This document shows, in pieces, positions 59,585-64,000 of a stretch of 64,000 bases of DNA. Each line of letters begins with the position of its first letter. Within the stretch, counting starts at the first letter, position 1. Source of the stretch: Hemiscyllium ocellatum (Eukaryota); the NCBI RefSeq assembly GCF_020745735.1, contig NC_083435.1, positions 36,233,090 to 36,297,089 of the forward strand, written 5' to 3'. Under the pieces are notes generated by a model. That model had not been told where the DNA came from. It did no database searches and was given only the letters and a program-made list of their open reading frames with translations. The translations under genes and the position numbers were made by a program.

Positions 59585-62500
59585 AGCAGAGAATCACAGA
59601 GCCATACAGCACAGAACCAGACCCCTTGTTCCAGCCAGTACACACTGACTATATTCCTGAACCCGAGTAGTCCCACCAGCCTGCACTTGGCTCATATCCC
59701 TCCAAACATTCCTGTTCAGGAATTATCCAATTGTCTCTTAAATGTTATCACTACGTCCACATCCATAATTTTCTCTGGCACTTCATTACACACGAACCAC
59801 TTTGTTTAAAAATATTGCCCCTCATCTCCTTTTTAAATCTTTTTCCTCTCACATAAAAATATGCCTCCTAGTTTTGAACTCTCTTACCCTCATGAAAAAA
59901 ACATTGTCAGTCAACTCATTTATGCTTCTCAAGATTTTGTAAACTTCAATAAGGTCACCCCTCAGCCACCAATGCTCCAATGAGGAAAGGTCCCAGTCAG
60001 TCCAGTCTGTTTTTATATCTCAAATTCTCCATTCCCAGCAAAATCCTGTTAAATCTTTTCTGGACTCTGTCCAGTTTACTAATATACTTCTTATGACAGG
60101 GCACCCAGAACTGGACACAGTACTCCAGAAGAAATCTCACCAACTTCCTGTACAACCTCAACATGATGTCCAAACTCCTATATTCAAAGGTCTGAGCAAT
60201 GAAGGCAAGGAAGCTAAATGCCTTCTTCACCACCATGCCCACCTATGATGCAAATTTCAAACAATTAGGTACCTGAACCCCGAGGTCACTCCATTAAACA
60301 GCACAGGAATGGGCCCATCAGCCCAAAATGTTGTGCCAAACCTAACATCAAATTAAACCAAGTCCTTCTTCCTGCCCATGGTCCAGGTGTATTCAAGTCC
60401 TTATCTTAAAGTCCCTTAGATGCCCTGATTGATCTGTTGTAGCCACAACCCTTAGCAACATGTTCCAGACTCCTACCACTCGATAAAAAAATGCCCCTCT
60501 CATCTCAATTGAACTATCTGCCTCTCACCTTAAATGTGAGAAAATAATCTAACTGCCAACTCTGTCTATGAATCTCATAACTTTGTCGACTTCTATCGAT
60601 TCTCCCCTCAGCCTCTGCTGCTTCAGAGAAAACAACCCAAGTTTTTCTGGCCTCTCCTTATAGCTCATACCCTTTAATCCAGGCAACATCCTGGTAAACT
60701 TCTGCACCCTCTCCAAAGCTACCAAATCGTTCCTGTAATGTGGTGACGAGAATTGAATGCAATACCTGTAGTGTGGCTGAACCAAAATTGTATAAGGATG
60801 CAACATGACATCCTGTACTTCATTCCCTGACCAATAAAGACAAGCATGCCAAACACCTTCTTTACCACAGTATCTACTTATGTGGCCACTTTCAGGTCTT
60901 GAACCCCAAGATCCTTCTGTATATCAATACTGTTCAGGACCCTGCCATTATCTGTATACTTTACTTGAACATTTGATCTCCCAAAATGCAGCACTTCACA
61001 CCTACCTGGATTAAGCTCCATCTGCCATTTCCTCACCCATATCTGCAACTGATTTATATCCCAAAATATCCTTTGACAACCTTCTATACTATCCACAACT
61101 CCACTGATTTTTAAATAATTGACAAACTTATTAAACCATCCATCTACATTTTCATCCAAATCTTTGGTATACCACAAGATCCCAGTACAGATCCCAACAG
61201 AACACCACTGGTCAGGGACCTCCAGCCTGAATAACACCCTTCCACTACTACACTCTGTCTTGTATAGGTAAGTTAATTGTGAATCCACACAGCCAAGTCA
61301 CTGTGAATCCTTTGCATCTTAATCTTCTAGATGAGCCTACCAAGAGAAAAATTGTCAACAGCCTTACTAAAATCCCTGTAGACAAAATCCATTGCTCCAA
61401 CCTCAAAAACGTTAATCAAGTCAGTTAGACATGACCGGCCCTACACAAAGCCATGCTGACTGTTCCTAATTTGGCCATGATTTTCCAATGCATGTAAATC
61501 CTACACATAAGGATTCTCTCCAATAGCTTCCCAACCACTGATGAGAGACATGCCAGTCTATAGTTCCCTCGATTATCTATATTTCCCTTCTTGAACAGAG
61601 GAACAACATTAGCTGCTCGACAATAGTCAGGGCCTCTCCAGTGGCTAGTGAGGATACGAAGATCTTGGTCAAGGCTCTGGCAATCTCCTCTCTTGTCTCT
61701 CTCAATAACCTGAGAGAGATACCATTAGGTGGTGGTGACTTATCCATCTTAATGCTCCTTTGAGAGACCCAACACCACTTCCTTGTTGATCTCAAAATGA
61801 TCTAGCATATTAGCATTCTCCACACAAATCTCAATATCCTCATATTCTTCTCCTGGGTGAATATTGACACAAGGTACTCATTCAGGATCTCACCCACCTC
61901 CTCTGCCTGCAAGCACAAGTTCCCTCCTTTATTTAAGTGGCCCTACCTTCTTGCTAGTTGTCCCTCTGTTTTTAATGTGCCTCCAGAATGTCTTGGGACT
62001 CTCTTTAATCCTACTTGCCAATATCATTTCATGGACCCTTCTTGCTCTCCTAATTCACAACTTGAGTTCTTTTCTGTTTTTTTAAAAATATTCATCATGA
62101 TATCAGCTTCCTAAATCCTGCATCGGCTTCTTTTTACCTTTTGACTAAATTCCCAAACTTCGTCGTTATCCAAGGGTCCCTTACCTTGTCTCCTTATTGT
62201 TCTTCCTTTTAGAAACGAAGGGCTTATGTCCGAAATGTCGACCGTCCTGCTGCTAGGATGCTGCCTGACCTGCTGTGCTTTTCCAGCACCACATTTCTTG
62301 ACTCTGACTCCCCAGTATTGACAGTCCTCACTTTCTTCTCCTTACAGAAACATGCTGGTTCTGAACTCTCCCCAGCAGGTCTTTAAACAACCCCCACATG
62401 CCAAATATGGACCTGTCTGATAACACCTCCTCCCAATTTACACTCCCTAGCTCCAGCCCAATATGGCTGTAATTTGCCTTCCCCAATTTAGTGCCTTCCC

Positions 62501-62930
62501 TTAAGGTCCTGAATTTACCCTTATTCACAGCTACCTTCAAACAAAAGAAGTTGTGATCACTATTTCCCAAATCGTGTCCAACTGAAAAGGGTCAATCTCC
62601 TGGCCAGGCACTTTGGGCAATGTAAGGTTAGGTATGGCCCCTTCTCTGATTGGTGCTTTTCAACATTACCCAGGGCCCTGGCATTATTTGCATAAGTCCA
62701 GTCCTTGTTTGTTTTGCCAAGATGCACGACCTCACATTTATCCAAATTTATCCACAGACTATTGTCCCAATTGATCAAGATCCCTTTGTAATCTTAGATG
62801 ACCATCTTCACGAAACATTATATCATTCATTTTGGTGTCATCTCCAAACTTACTCATCATGAATCCTCTGTTCTCATCCAAATCATTTGTACAAACGACA
62901 AACAAAAGTCAAACAGATCCTGATGAATTT
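59585..62930 (-). mobile_element. Cluster of old CR1-type fragments, mostly minus strand, with a degenerate PLE tail at about 62215-62335
   Basis: ORFs 59997-60242, 60549-60806, 60878-61288, 61577-61795, 62328-62570 and 62560-62778 all give CR1 ORF2 peptides. Confidence 0.8.
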
Positions 62931-64000
62931 CATTCTATGGTCTCAAAAGAATTAACTTGTGCGATAGCGGACACATCAGATTTAATTTCCGAAATCTCAT
63001 TAGATTTAGGCTAGGTTCCTTTAAATTATCAAATGGCAAACTCAACTCCTTTATACAATAAGGGAGAGAGGGAGCCAGAAATCAGAAAACTGAGCAACTT
63101 ACACTGAGCTCAACAGTCACAGGGAGAACGTTTAAAATTAATATTTAAGGGTGGTACAACAGGGTACTTTAGAAACATTTGAGGTAATCAGGCAGAGCAA
63201 ATATAGTTTTGTCATAAGGAAATCATGTTTAACTAATTTATTGGAGTTTTCCGGAAAAGTAACTTACACTGGAGAAATACAGGAACATGTAGATGTACTG
63301 TATTTAAATTTCCAGAGGCAGTTAATAAAGCATCACATCAAAGGTGAAAGAAGAATATAAAATCTTCTGATGTCAAGAGTAACATGGATTGTAGATTGGC
63401 TGTCTACCAGGAAGCAGAGAGTAGGAATAAGTCAATCTTTCTCAATTTGGCATGATGTCACGAGTGATGTGCCAATGGGGCTTGAGCTCTTTCCAATTGA
63501 AATAAACGATATGGATCGAGGGTCAAAGGTATGGTCGCTAAATTTGCTGACAAGAAAATATAGTGAGGAAAATGAGTTGTGAAGATGTCATAAGGAATCT
63601 ACAATGGGATGTAGATAAGTAAAGGGAATGGATAATTGTTTGGCAAATGGATTACCATGCCGAAAAATGTGAAATTATTCAGTTTGACAGAAAGAATAAA
63701 AAAGAAGCATATATCTAAATGATGAGATGTTGCAGAAGTCTGAAATGCAGATGGATCTGGTGTTCTAATGCATGAATCCCAGGATATAAATATGCAGGAA
63801 TAAGTAATCAGAAAAACTAATAGAATGTGGCAGCTGATTGTGAGGAGTTGGGAGGCTGTGCTTCAGTTATACAGGGCAATGGTAAGACTGTATCTCGAGT
63901 ACTGTGTACAATGCTGATCACTGTACTTGCCATTCATGTTAATGTTGGAAGCAGCTTAGAGAAGGTTTACCAGACCAATACCTGGAATGAGTGGATTGCC
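62910..64000 (+). mobile_element. Old CR1-type RT fragment
   Basis: KSCLTNLLEFSGKV..VDVLYLNFQ (63151-63360) and WLSTRKQRVGI (63370-63582). Confidence 0.8.

Overview
Eukaryotic, repeat-dominated vertebrate DNA with two assembly gaps (17100-17230, 38347-38640). HE1-like tRNA SINEs and abundant CR1-type LINEs suggest a shark or ray (inference). No intact protein-coding gene is visible. Contents: many CR1 and CR1/L2-group LINE fragments, five tRNA-derived SINEs, five pieces of a young Tx1-group LINE, a decayed L1, Penelope-like element (PLE) remnants with hammerhead-ribozyme motifs, a solo LTR and a class I ERV remnant with a tRNA-Pro PBS and gag. Also a decayed C2H2 zinc-finger array, exon remnants of a single-pass membrane protein, several minisatellites (one about 9.8 kb) and two roughly co-centred inverted duplications. 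The main finding is that two Tx1 3' tails are each joined to a U1 snRNA gene at almost the same position (about nt 38-40). The two U1 loci have clearly diverged flanks, which points to a U1-snRNA-targeting retrotransposon family. All alignments and motif calls were done by eye, and boundaries of old repeats are approximate.
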